A stretch of DNA of 64,000 nt from Cycas panzhihuaensis (taxonomy: Eukaryota > Plantae > Cycadophyta): contig CM041465.1 in the NCBI GenBank assembly GCA_023213395.1, positions 2,790,001-2,854,000 on the forward strand. The letters are read 5' to 3'. Positions 24,801 to 38,539 of the stretch are shown here, piece after piece; the first letter of the stretch is position 1; the number at the start of each line of letters is the position of its first letter. The notes under the pieces were generated by a model. It saw nothing but the letters and a program-made list of their open reading frames with translations. It was not told the origin of the DNA and made no database searches. The translations under genes and the position numbers were made by a program.

Positions 24801-26953
24801 GTACAAGCTTTTTCTTCTAGATAAGGAAGTATAGGATCTGACAAGAGTTTATAAAGATCATTACATCTGATTCCTTTTTCAATAATTTTCCCACCTCTCT
24901 TCATGTCTAGAATATGACAATTCCCTTCTTCATCGAAAATGGTTCTCAACCCTTTTTTGCTTAATTGAAAAACAGAGAGGAGATTCATTTTTAGATCTGG
25001 TACAAATAGAACATTTCCAATTATTTTTTCATTCCCATCCAGATTTACTGAGATAGTTCCAATCCCTTTTATATTAAGGGAATACTTATCACCCAGTTCC
25101 ACTGGTTTGTCCATATTGTAGGGTTTCATGGTTTCAAACCATTCTTCCCAACTTGTCATATGTTTAGAAGCTCCTAAGTCTATGTACCATATGTCTTTGT
25201 CTTTCATACCGGTAACTAACGCTATGATGAAAGCTGTCTCTTCTTCCTCCTCCTCTTTGTCCTTCTCTTTACTGTAGCCTCCAATGGGTCACTTTCCTTT
25301 CTGAATTTCACTTCGTCTTTGTGGACATTGATATGGATAGTGTCAACTTTATCCATAATAGTAGCAAATATCAAAGATTCTGCAACTGCTGGCAAAGTGC
25401 CTGGTTCTTCCACAGTTGTAACAGACCCTATTTTCTCTGCTCTATCCTTGCCCTCTGGAACTTTGCCAGTGTCCTCGTCCTCGGAAGTCTATTGTTCTAC
25501 TTTGTCCTTGAAATTATTATCTCCCTCTTGGCCCGAGATTCAGTCTAGACGTAAATGCATCCTCCAATTCTATCGTATTTTCATACCTTTTGTTTCTCTA
25601 TTCTTGTCTAAGCAACAATCCTGTCAATTCATCAAGAGTTAACTTGTCTAACCTATCATTGTCTATGATAGTATTGATAATTGTGTCAAATGACTTTGGT
25701 AACCTTGCAGTTACAATTTCTACTAGGTCTTGTTCATAAATTAAACCTCCAGCACTTAAGAGATTATTTCTGACAATAATAATTTTATGCATAAAATCCT
25801 CTACCTCTTTATTTTCTTTCATGTGAAGCTTGTACAGTTCTTCTTTGAGTGCAATTATTCTTGCCTTATTCTTTTGTCCATATAAGTTTTCCAAGCATTT
25901 CCATATTTCAGATGCCAAATTTAATTTTTCCACATAGACTAAAACTGAATCTGAAATTGACATTTTCAATGTGAGACTGGCCATATTATTTCTTTCAATC
26001 CAACTTCCTAGCTTATCATCACCAACTGGAGGATGTTTTTCTGTCCCTTCAGCAATTTCCCAGGTATTTTTCACCTTCAAAATTATTTCTAACTTGATTT
26101 TCCACACATGATAGTTAGAACTAGTTAATTTTTCTGGTTCAGGCAGAGAAATGAGGGATGAAGATATTTTCATCAAGTCAAAAGACAGAGTTTAGAGCCT
26201 GTCTGTACAGCTGTACAAATTTCCATACAGAACCCTAGGTGTATGGCTTAAACAAGAAAATACCTCAAAGGAAGGTAGAAGAGAGAAAACTACTCCAGAA
26301 GGAAAAATGGTAGGTAGGGCAGAAAATTAATCTTTGAATATGGATGCAAATTCAATGTATTGATACTAAGAAGGGTTTTTGATTGGAAATACCTGATATT
26401 CTAAGAAAATCGTGAAGATTTTTGAGATGAATCCTCCAAAAATGTGTGGACTAATTCAGGCTTGATTTGGCCTTGAAAATGACCTCAGATGACTTGGATC
26501 CAGAAGAGAAATGTACTCAGCGTGCTTTGATCTACCTCCCCACCAAATTTCATTGCGATCTAACACTTTTGAAAAAAACTCATCCGTACAGGTCCGTACG
26601 ATTCCGTATGCCAGAGCAATGATGAAGCAGATATCCTAACTACCTTGTCTGTTTCTTCTATCCTTGATGGAACTTCTAGACAGGAGAAATTTTTCAAAAA
26701 AGATCAGTTTGGGTGACTGCTCGATACCATGATGAAAAGCAGCAAAGACCGATCCGAATTAGGCAGAGAAGAAGTGTATTTTACATTGAGATTCAACCTT
26801 CTTAAGTATACATCAACAATGTGATGGTTACAACCTCTAATGTAACCAATCACTCTGATACTGCCAAGTGGCATCATCTTACACTATGACTATATTGAGT
26901 GTGGTCTTAACATGACCCCCTTTCATACCTAGATAAAACATTATATCTTAACA
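21813..26953 (-). mobile_element. Full-length Ty1/Copia, 5.14 kb, short LTRs
   Basis: LTRs 21813-22038 and 26730-26953 (TG...CA); TSD TCAAC; PBS TGGTATCGAGC (Met, 1-nt deletion) 26719-26729; PPT AGAGGGGG 22039-22046. Confidence 0.97.
22046..26176 (-). pseudogene. Copia gag-PR-INT-RT-RH polyprotein with stops and frameshifts
   Basis: gag UBN2 (25598-26176); WYIDLGASKHM protease; WHLRYGH...CKGC; HTDICGP, SDGGGEY integrase; KARLVAKG, LYGLKQAPRAW, VYVDD RT; CDNQSAI, TKHIEVHHHFIRE RNase H. Confidence 0.95.
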
Positions 26954-29900
26954 TCAACTGAAGGAGAATTATAGTTTAAAGTAAGTTTCACTCTTAATGA
27001 AGAGAAGGAGGTGTTAGTTATCAGTTTTCTATGTTAAATCTATTAAGTAAATCTAAGACATATTTAGATTGGAAAATATAAATTCTAGAATTTATTTAGC
27101 AAACATATAAATCAAGAGAGTAATATAACAAATATAAGTTTATCATTTCAAAGTTAACCATGAGTTTGATTTTTAAGTTGATAATTATTAAGGATAAATA
27201 ACTAGTAATGATGATACTGTCAACATAAAGGTCTAAAAGAATGATATTATTATATTCTTTCTTAAAATATAGGTTGGGATTAATAACATACTTTTAAAAT
27301 TTATTGCTTAAAATATATTTATTAATTTTGTCGTACCAAGCCTTATGGGCTTGTTTAAGGCCATTAAGTGATTTTTTAATTTTATAAATAAGATTAAGAT
27401 CATGTTATATAATGTTTTTCAACTAAGTTACCCTTCAAGAAAGCCCTATTTACATCTATTTAATAGACTGTTTAACTAAATTTAGTTGCTAAATAAATAA
27501 TAAATTTAATTATGTTCATTTTATAATTATAGTAAAACTTTAGTTATAATTTATTCTAATAACTTAAGGAAAACCCTTTGTTACCAACCTAGCTTTGTAC
27601 TTTTTAATTGTACCATCTAAGTTATATTTAATATAAGAAAACCATCTATGTTCATTTAAATTCTTTTTAGATTATAGAGGGATTAAATTTCAAGTGCAGG
27701 TTTTTAACAATACATCATACTCATCATTCATCACTATTCACTAAGCTAAATTCTTCTTGGATTTTTTAAAGCTTTATGGTTTAGATTAAGATATAACTTT
27801 AACCATTAAGGTAATATTAGCCTACTGTTTATGAGATTTAGTCCTTCTAGTAATTAGAAGATTACCAACTTCAAATCTAATAACTTCAATGGCCATTTAG
27901 ACCCATTTTAGCTATTTTTGTTCTTGAGGAGTTTTATCAATAGGGTTAGTGAATATTAGTTGTGAATAATTTTGATTCTTTATATAAGAGTCACTAACAG
28001 AAAAATTTTAAAGTTATTATTATAAGTCATCAACTTCTTTCATAATTCTAGGACTTCATATTAATGTATTAAGTTCACTTAAATGTTGTATTAACAATGT
28101 ATAAGAGAGTACAAATATAATCACTGATTGTGTTAGAACTTAAGCCTTCTTTGTTAAACTTAACATGTCTTCTAATAGAGATATTAGGTGTAACATGATT
28201 AAATAATCTGTATCCCTTACATTCTTCATTGTAACTAATAAAGACATACCTATAATATTTAAGATCTAACCTCTTTTCTTCTTTCTTCTAGGTTATGAGC
28301 CTAAAAAATACCTCCAAATATTTTTTAATGTTTTACTATGGGTTTCCTACTTGATTATTTTTTTTGGAATAACAATATTTATAGTTTTAATAAAAAGTTT
28401 ATTAAGAAGATAATTCGAATAATTCATTACTTCTACCTAAAGTTTTAGATCTAACTATTTTGAATATAATATATATTTAACCGTTTCAACTAAAATTTGG
28501 TTTTTCCTTTCATCCATATCATTTTGTTGAGTGTGTAGTTAATAGAATGTTGAAATCTAATATTAATTTTCTTATTAAATTATATAAATTAATCACTTGA
28601 GTATTCTTTTACATTATCAATTTAAAGAGTTTATATTCGAAAGTTAAATTTTTTTTGCTAAAACTTTAAATTTAAGAAATTTATCAAATATTTTATTATA
28701 CTTTTTTATTATATAGATCTAATATTTTCTAAAGAAACTATCTATAAAAGTAATAAAATATGTGTTTTTTGAATAGGAAGGGACCTAAAATGGTTCACAT
28801 ATATCGAAATAAACTAATTATAAAGGTTGTTTAGTTTTAAAAGTTATTTTCTCTATGAATGGATCCATGTGTTATTTACTTAGCACATAGGCTTTATAAA
28901 TACCACATAGAACAGAAAATTTAATAGCACAAGGTTGGTTAAGGATTCACAATTATTTACAATTTATCATAACTAATATAGCTAAAATATGCATGCTATA
29001 ATTTGTTAACTAGACTTAATTATGCTATGTAAGAAGTAAAAGTTATTTTCTTAACTCATTTTATTAAGTTAAAAAGATTAGAAAGACTAGTTCTATGATC
29101 ATATAATCCCGAAGAAACTACTATAATGTTACTAAGAGGTTGTTTTATTATGGATTTATATATCCATAATTCTAATACTAAATCTTTTCTATAGATTTGA
29201 TAAATTGATAAGAGATTTAATAATAACCTTGGGACACATAATGCATTATTAATACAACCATTTTTTAATGGAACATCATTAGTTTAGTAATTTTTAACTG
29301 AGAATCACTTCCAAAAGGGATTTTCTCACTAGAATTAAGCCCATATTCATACAAGAAGAAATAGTCCTACTATCCTATTATATAATGGGAAGCACTAGAG
29401 TTTAAAAGCTAAGGGGGTAAAAGTTGTGTTGGTGTAAAGAAGGTAAAAGTAGATACAATTAAGTACCTATAGGATTTTACTAAATGCCTTTAGAGGTCTT
29501 CCATACGTCTGCAATTATGTACTTTCTATAGATATCTTTGATAAGACCTTTTCTATAGCAATAGGTATAAGTTTAAATTGTACCTTAATCGTATTTTATA
29601 TTTTGAGTGTATTTTTTATTAAAATTTATGAGATTGGGATGTGTTAGATGACACTTCATTGATTATTGATTAAAATTTCTACGTGAAATAGAAATCTTAG
29701 ATTTGAATTATTAAATTTTGAAAGAGGACATATGTTTTATTATTAAGGTCTTGAGTTATTAAAAATTATATTTGTATTTTATGGTCATTAATTTTAAGGT
29801 TTATATTATTGACATGACTTGGCCTACAAGGAAAAAACCTATGGAGGGTCTTAAATCTTGTCAGTTTATATAACATAGATTGATATTCAACTATTTAGCT

Positions 29901-31182
29901 TATTAATTCATCTTTGATTATAAGTTTTTGACAACTTATTTATGGTAAGGATGATGAGTTCTTATGATAGTATTATCATTAACTTTTAGTAAGGACTTGA
30001 TACAACTTTTTAAATTAATATTGATTAATTGTAGAGTGGATAAAAAATCTTTCACTATAGTATAATCTTTAAATTTGAGATCATACAATTTTTATTCTAG
30101 GATAGCAACTTATATAGTGTTAACTTTATCAAATTTAGTTTTCAATTTCATCCAAATTAAGGCTAGTTTATTTAAACAAGTAAACCGCATACAAAGGTTT
30201 AAGGATATAGAGGAAAGGATGGTCCCTAAGGTGCCATCACAGTTCATCAGATATAATAAGTGTGCATATGATATTATGTTTTCAAGTATCTTGAATTTCC
30301 CTATGATATATCTCTACACCTTTTATTATTTAATATAGTAAGAGATTCGACCTTTTACTTGACATAATCATAGCCCATTAACATTAGAGTTTTGGTCATC
30401 GGAATAACTCCTAAAAAAATCATTTAAAGTGGGTGACTAGTGTCTTGTTATAGGTGTGTTTAATGCTTTTAAGGATGATTAGAAGAGGCACATTTAAAAA
30501 AATATAGATATTAAGACAAAAATAAAAAAACACTAGCTGATAAAAAAATATCTTAATAAATCATAAATAAGAGGATATTGTTATAATAAAAGAAGTTGTT
30601 AACATCCATAGGTTTGAAATAAATTTATTGCAAAAATATCTATAAATTTAATATTTAATAGATATCTATTAAGTTTTTAATAAACATTCATAGAAATAAT
30701 AAGGTTTATTTATAATGTACATGCCATAATATTCATCAAATTATAATGCATAGTTTGTTTAAAAAAAATGATATTTAAATATATCTCACAAAAATATATC
30801 ATATTTATATTAGTGCTTTAAAAATTATATGTTATTAACATTCATAGATTAGTTTGTAAATTTGTCAAATTAACAAGTACAACATTGATATAACATGAGT
30901 GAAATATAAACCAAGGAAATATTCACCATAGTTACATAAAAGGTCAAAAGTTAAATATGATTTATACACGTTTATTTTAAAGAAAAAGTTGTGTTTATAG
31001 TAGCCCTTTATTTATGTAATATTATCATATAAAAAATAATCGTATCTATTTAAATATAATTGTGTGTTTGTAGGTGCAACACTAGCATATATATGAATGA
31101 TCTTTTTGATATTAAATATTAATGTTTATTTTAGGGTTCATAGCCTTGGGTTATAAACCTCCCTTTTAATATTGATATTAAT

Positions 31183-31193
31183 TATATATATAT

Positions 31194-31234
<41 letters not shown>
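31183..31234. repeat. (TA)n-(GA)18 microsatellite at the LINE 3' end
   Basis: Direct reading. Confidence 0.95.
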
Positions 31235-31235
<1 letters not shown>

Positions 31236-31238
<3 letters not shown>

Positions 31239-34200
31239 AGGTTTAAATAAATGTGGGGATTTAGAAGGGGACCCCAACCCCTTTGTAAAATCTACAAAAC
31301 TGGCCTTTTGGATCTGTCGTGACAAGCCCACAACCTAGCTTCAACTAAAATCAAACTTGATATAACTACTAGACCACCCATGCCATGACAAGCCCGGTGG
31401 CTAGTCTACATCAAATTGCCTATCTGCCATGACAAGACTGGTGGATAGGTCATAATACTTATCAAGGTTTATACCTTCCATATGTTTCCTAACTAGATCC
31501 ATAATCTCTTTAGGGACCATATCCATCCAAACCTTACTTCTTTTAAATTGGACTCCCCAATTAGCCAGACCATCTACCACCCCATTTCCTTCCCTATAAG
31601 TGTGGATCACCTAGATGTTTACTCTACTTTGAAGATCCTGCTTAGCATCATTAATCATATGTCTATGTTTCCAATCTGCCTCTACTTCCCCTCTAATTAA
31701 TTTTATTGTGTTCATTGAATCTCCTTCTAAAATCACCCTGTTAAGCCTTACCGAGAATATCCTCTCCATAGCTTTTCCTATCTCATCTAGTTCAATACTA
31801 TAATCAGTATAGGTCTCATAGTAATCAACGAAGGCCTAGCTCACCTTCCCTTTGGCATTTTGGTAGACTTCCCCACCCCCATCTTCATGAGGTTTACCTT
31901 TTACCATACCGTCGAAGTTGATTTTGACCCATCTCTTAGGAGCGGGGTGCCATCCATACTACCTTTTTTGAATCATTTTTATTTTGATATTCCTAATTTC
32001 CTATTTCTCCAAGGACTTCCTTTCCTTAGATGGGATGAATATTTCTTCCTCTTCTTTCAATGTATATTACATAGCAACATAGAGTGTCCTAAAAAACTTG
32101 GAGCTATCCATATATTTCTCTTTGAAAATTCTCTTATTCCTCTCTTTCTAAAGATTCCACATCATCATAGGAAGAGATATCATCCATAAGGACCTTAGAG
32201 TTTTATATTTGAAAGGGCTTTTCCATGAGGCAACCAAGTCCTTCACATTGCCGAGGAAGACCTAAACTATACCAAAAATGCTCAAAAGTAGCTTCCACAG
32301 TTCCCTAGAGTAGGAGTAGTGCAACAATATATGATTGATAGACTCCTCCTCTTTTTGACATAAAACACATTTGTTTGCCAATGAGAATCCTCTTTTTCTT
32401 AAATTGTCCAAGGTTAGGATCTTATTCTTAAGGTAGAGCCACCAAAAGATGGCTACCTTAGAGATTAAGCCCATATTCCATACATCCCCTAGCACCTCAT
32501 TCTTATCTATTCCTTTTTCTAAGATCAGGAATAAATAACCTAATTTCACCAAATATTCCCTATAGGAGAACCATAGCCAGATTATGGAATCTGGCTTGGG
32601 ATATCTAGGGATATAGATTTTACTCAACTCATGCCTAAGTGCCTCAATCTACTCTTCATTCATACAATTATGAGAAATGTCATCAAAATGCCTGTAGTTC
32701 TTTATACCTCCTCAAGTCTCCTAATAGCACTTAACTTTCCTCCCATATAAGCTTTAACAAATGTCTTGGATGCAGCCAATAACTGGTCTCTCATTCAATT
32801 AGGGTTGTCCATACCAGACATCCTCCCATAAGTTAATCCTCTCCCCATCCCCCAAGCACCATTGAGCTCCCTTCACTAATAGCTTCCTTACGTAAGTTAG
32901 ACTCCTTTATATCGCAAAACCTAGCTTACCTGAGAGATCATCACTCAGATATTATTTGTCCCTGAGGTATTTTTGGGTCATAATCACATACCACAGGCTT
33001 TTATCCTTCCTATCCACTCTCCATCCTAATTTAGCCACCAAAGCCTTGTTAAAGCAAGCAATATTTTTAACATTCAACCTATTAACCCATTTAGGGAAAC
33101 ACACTTTCTCCTAAGCTACTAAATGAATTTTGTCCTTCTCCTCTACTCTGGACCGCAAGAACCTTTTTTGAATAGATTTTAAGGCATTAATAACCTTCAT
33201 TAGGCACCTGAACAATGATATCATATAGGTTGGGATACTCTAGAGAGAGGCCATCAATAGTTGAAGTTTTCTTACTTATGAAAGGAGAGCTCCCTTCTAG
33301 CCAGCCAACTTCCTTTGCACCCTATCGATAGTCATGTTCCACAGATCCTTCTCCATTCTACCCACAAATAGTAGCATGCTAAGGATATAGTTGGAAGCCT
33401 CTTGATAGGCATTTCAAGTACCCTACTAATAGTTCTTTAGGTTCTCTCCATGGTGTTTAGAAAATATATATTGCTCTTATTGAGATTTATCATCTAGTTC
33501 ATTGTAACCTTAAACCTTTCAAACTCACTCTTTATGGCTCTAACTTTCACAATGACATCCCTCCTTGGTAAAATATTATCATCTAGAAAATGATGATGAA
33601 CTACATTATACATCCCTAAGGTCGGCTACCTTCCTAGACTCCTCCATAGACCTTCCTATCATATTTTCTATGATAATGAATATGTACGAGGCTAAGGGCT
33701 CCCCTTGCCTCAAACCTCTGAAGCTTGGGAAAAAGGTTGTCAAATTGCCATTAACAATTATAGAGAACTTTAGCTTCAAGATATAACTATTTATCCACCT
33801 CACCCAATAGTCTCGAAGCTAAAAGCTTTGATGCAATCCATTAGGCACTCCCATGACACCCTTTCGTAGGCCTTAGAAAGGTCAATTTTTATAAGTATCC
33901 CATACTCTTTCTTCTATGAGGTCAAATGGATAATTTTATGGACCATAATTATTCCATCTCATATTTATTTGCCTTTTATGAAACCATCCTAATTAGGTGA
34001 TATAACTAGAGGCAGGGTACTCCTAAGCCTATTGGATAATATCTTTGACAAAATTTTATACTTCACATTATAGAGACTGATGCGTTTAAAGTCCTCCATC
34101 CTTTTTGAATTTTCTTTCTTTGAAATCAGGACCAAAAAGATAGCCTACAATTCTCCATGGATCCTGCCATTCTCAAAGGATTTTATAGTAGCTTCTAACA

Positions 34201-37200
34201 CATCCTCTTTAATAATATCCCAATATTCCTAGAAAAAACCAATGAGGAAGTCATCTAGACTAGTTGATTTCTCCTTTTTCATACCAAAGACAACACTTTT
34301 AACTTCTTCTAGAGAGAATGGGGCTTCCAACACTCTATTTGTTTCTTTCCTAGCAATCTTAGGAATTAGGCAAAGTAGCTCTCTTGTGGCCCCCCTATCT
34401 TGCCATCCAAGTTCATTGAACATATCTTTGATGTAGTCAATCACCACTTCCTTTAAACCTCTCTGCTCTAAAATTTCCTTATCGTCCTTATTAACCAAGA
34501 CCTTGATTTGATTTTGAGATCTGTGTTTTAGTATTGTCATGTGGAAGAATTTCATATTTCTATCTCCCTCGACTAACCATAGGGCTCTAGATTTTTGCTT
34601 CCAATAGATCTCCTCATTTAGAAGGATCCCCTCCAACTTAGAAAAGAGGCCTCTCTCCTTCTGATCTAGGGATTGAGATCTTCGTTCTTCCTAGATTTTT
34701 GCCTCTAGTTCCTTAAGCTCCCTTAGGATCTTGTTCTTTATTTCAAAAATGTTCCTATGGGATCTCTTATTCTATTCTTTAACCTAATGTTTCACCTAAT
34801 TTATCTTCTTAGAGAACCTTAAACATCATACAACCCTCTGCTAAAATGTCTACTAATCTTTAATGATCTCTCAAAGACCTGGGTCCTTTGTCCATATAAG
34901 ATCAAAGCGAAAGGGAGCTCCCATATATCTCTTGTTATTAACAAATCGCAACATCCATGGGGAATGATATGATACTATTTTTCATATGGCTTCTAAAATC
35001 ATATTATTATACTGGCTTGCCCAAGCATAGTTCACTAGAATTTTGTCTAGTTTGACCTAAATATGGTTGGTTCCTAACCTTCTATTAGACTAGGTAAACT
35101 TTGGGCCCTTGAGAAAGACGTCCATCATACCCCCATTTTGTATGAATTCCCCTAGGTCCTCCATACTCTTCATTCAGTCTCCCTGGCCACCTTTCTTCTC
35201 TTTAGGGGACAAAGTTGTATTAAAATCCTTAGTTATCAACTAGGGTCCCCTACATTCTTTATGGGCATCCAAAATCCTTTCCCATAGACAAAACCTCTTG
35301 TCCTGCATGAGGGAAGCATAAACATTCGAGACCAACCATTTAAGGTTCAAATTCTTATAGGTAATCCAACAAGAAATGAAATGGTCCTCTATAATGCTAG
35401 CCTCTCCTTCCTAGCCTCTAGGATTCCACATGATGGTTAAGCCACCTAAACCCCTATGTCTATCCTTAGTAATCTAATTCACCCCCTTCTAGACTTTATT
35501 CTCAATTCTTTCCCTATTAACTACGTCTAATTTTATTTCCTGGAGTAGGAGTATGTTTAGATCTAGGAGAGCACAAAAATCTCTAACCATTCTATATTTT
35601 GATGAGGCATTTATACCTCAAATGTTCTAGGAAGCAAGTTTCATAGATGTACTGCACCCTTCTTCCTCATACCTCATCATCTTTTGTTTCTTAATTTGGG
35701 GCCCATCCCTCCTCCATCCTTAAGAGTTCATTGGCTACCTTAGTCAATCTATAAAGTTGCCTCCATTTCCCGTAATAGCCGTAGAGGGGGCCTTCTAACC
35801 CTCTTTTCACTACAAAAATTAGGATCTTTAATTTGATTTGGGTCCTTATAAACCTCCTGATTACCTTTTTCTTTAATTTTCTAGACATTTTCAGGTTTTC
35901 CTTGCTCCTCTTGTCTATCTTCATGGATTTGACCTTCATTGACTGGCTTGACCTACTCTCCTCTTAGGATCTCCTTATCCTTATTAATCAACTTAATCTC
36001 TTCCATGTAAATATGGTTATTAGCTGGGATTAGACTTACCCTAACTCTCTCCTTCCCTTCTTCCTCCCCAGCTTTGAGGAGGGTATCTTTCTCATCCAAG
36101 TTTATCTCTTTACCAACTTCTATTAAGTCTTCTTCCACTCTCTTCCCATCGTTAGGAGCATTTGGGTATGAGTCCTATTTATCTTTGTCCTTGCCCTTGT
36201 CTTCCTTAAGGATCTCCTTAGTCCTTTTCTTTTATTCTCTTGGGCAATTTTGAGAGAAATGGCCTAGACACTTACAAGATAGACATCTCACATTATCCAA
36301 TTCATACACTAGTCATTGCTCGTTACTCCATCCTGCACCCTCAATATTCACCCATTCAGGAAGGGGTCTATCCATCCTAACCAAGGCATAGAATCTTACA
36401 TTCACCAATCTACTTCTATTCTTAGTGGCAGAGTCCACTACTAACAAAGGACCTATAACCTTAGTTATCCTCTTTATGGTGTCTATATCCTAAGCTTGTA
36501 ATGGGAGGCCTAGAAGTTGAACCCAAAGGGGTATTTGCTTGATAGATACCTCAACTCGATCAAAGTTTGGATGTCATTTCTCCATGAGGGCTGCTTTTCT
36601 CCCCATCATCTAAGGTCATTTAAGCAAGACATTTATCATGTCTTCTTAGTGCATATATTTGAAAATCACACAACCCTTTAGGAGCACTGCTACCTCCACT
36701 GACCCTTTGAGTTTCCATCTTAGCCCCACCCAATTCTTTATGGGGTCTACTCTAGGTCTAGGACCCAAAAAATGCCCTACCATGTAATTCTCCCAATATT
36801 TCTGCATGCAATTAGACACTCTCTTAGGGACTAGAATCCTAATGGGATCCTCATCTATTATAGGATTTATGTCAATAGATTCCTCTACTATATTCCTCAA
36901 GGATTCTAGCTATAATTTTCCTTTATTTGGAGTCTAGTTAAGGTTTAGGATATGTCTGTGAATCTGGTCTATGCTTGGATCCTGGTTACTATCCATAATC
37001 CTTGAACAAAAATCTTTCTCCATTAATCTAAAAAGTAGAAAAAAAACTTCAAGCAAGACTTCCATTTTACAATTGGTCATCAAGAGTCTTACCTAATATA
37101 ACATACACCTATCTCTCCTGTTAGGGTGACCTTTTTATTAATCTCTCAAACCTCCTCCTATCTATCTTTTCAACTCCTAAAGTGAAGGTGTAACACACTA

Positions 37201-37620
37201 CAAGTCCCCACTTAGAGTATAGTAAAGGGTTTTCTCCGTCTAGGTTCTCCCCTCTTAAGGTTTTATAGATATCTTGCTTCGTATTTTGCTTACTTAAAAT
37301 CTATATTGTAGAGGTGATTGTCTTCTTATCTAGGAGAAAAAGAGGCCTACCAACTCATGTCTATCCACCTGATTTCTCTACGCTCTAACAACTATCCTCT
37401 CACAACTCTGAAGGCTCATCGAAATGGTTCCCTATGAATCTATGGCATCATACCTATAGACCTCAATAACCTGATAAAATCTACCATTTTTAAGGCTTGG
37501 ATCCTTTGCATGCATCTTGACTACAAGTCTCCATGCCTCTAATAACTAGTTAGGGTTTGACCCCCATCTAAACCTGCTTGGAGCTCCACCCGTGTAGAAA
37601 ATGAAACCCTAGCTGTGCTA
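31236..37620 (-). mobile_element. Near full-length decayed L1-clade LINE with C-terminal RNase H
   Basis: ORF1 DUF4283-like 36646-36900 plus CCHC knuckle near 36240-36290; endonuclease 35.0-35.64 kb; 'EEIYWKQKSRALWLVEGDRNMKFFH' 34229-34636; RT 'RGLRQGEPL' 33606-33803; zf-RVT 32262-32627; RNase H 'HTYREGNGVVDGLAN' 31401-31610; 5' end approximate. Confidence 0.92.
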
Positions 37621-38216
37621 AAAAATACTAGAGCTTCTCACATTCATGTTTACCATTCTATTAATGACAATATTTGTATTATATTAGTTATAAGTTTATT
37701 TTATGATTTATGAGTGATGAGTCAATGGGGGTTATGACTCTCACCTTATATGTGTTGTATTAGGTAAGATTATTATCCCATTTAATTTTGTATTTGGTTA
37801 TATATAGGTCATATATAAAAAATATAAGAGTGAAGAGCAAGGATTATTGAGTTAGTTTCATAATGTGAGGCATTTATTAATTTGAGATTATATCAAGCAT
37901 TTAGAATTAATTTCTAATGGTTGATGGTTAATTCTTTAATTATTGACTCCATTACATACCTTACTATAATAATGTGGTATCAACATAAGTTCATGGTGTA
38001 TTATCAACTATAATTATTGATTACTATATTAGCTCAGATCATTGCTTAGGATTCACATATTTAACATGTATTAAATATTATTTATTTGCTTAGGTATTTA
38101 GTGATTTTGGTAGATTGAACATGCATGTTTCAAAGATTGAATTATAAGTAGTTAGACACCATAAACAGGCTTGAAGAAGATATATAAAAAGGTATACATG
38201 CATGTAGGCTGAGAGA

Positions 38217-38539
38217 TGTTGGAGTGTGTGATGCTAATTATCTCAAGGAAGTCCTCTTCCCAAATCACTCTGGTTCTTTTGGTGTAATGGCGGCCCATGA
38301 CAACTGGTATCAGAGTAGCCAGGGTTCAAAACTGGTCATTTGTATCATGGTAGCACACTCAGACATACATGAAATTGGGGGAGTCACCACCGAGGAACGT
38401 CGTGGTGGACATGCATGTTGTGTAGATACAACCAACTCCTCATGATAGGGGAGTGTTGGAGCGTGTGACACTAACTATCTTAAGGAAATCCTCTTCCCAA
38501 ATCACCCTGGGGATTTTGGTGTAATGGTGGCCCATAATA
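38217..38539 (+). mobile_element. TRIM (terminal-repeat retrotransposon in miniature), 323 bp
   Basis: 86-bp LTRs 38217-38302 and 38454-38539 (about 13 differences); PBS TGGTATCAGAG 38305-38315; PPT ATAGGGGAG before the 3' LTR; TSD AGAGA. Confidence 0.95.

Larger units (their letters stand above)
21065..30330 (-). mobile_element. Old, strongly decayed Ty1/Copia, host of the 21813-26953 element
   Basis: RNase H end (D.MTKPL near 21190-21210), RT remnants at 21.5-21.8 and 27.0-27.8 kb, integrase 28.2-28.9 kb, protease/gag 29-30.3 kb; boundaries approximate. Confidence 0.7.

Noticed and set aside
38217-38302. Cassandra 5S rRNA domain in the TRIM LTR
   Set aside because: No 5S A/IE/C-box sequence recognised, and the LTR is too short
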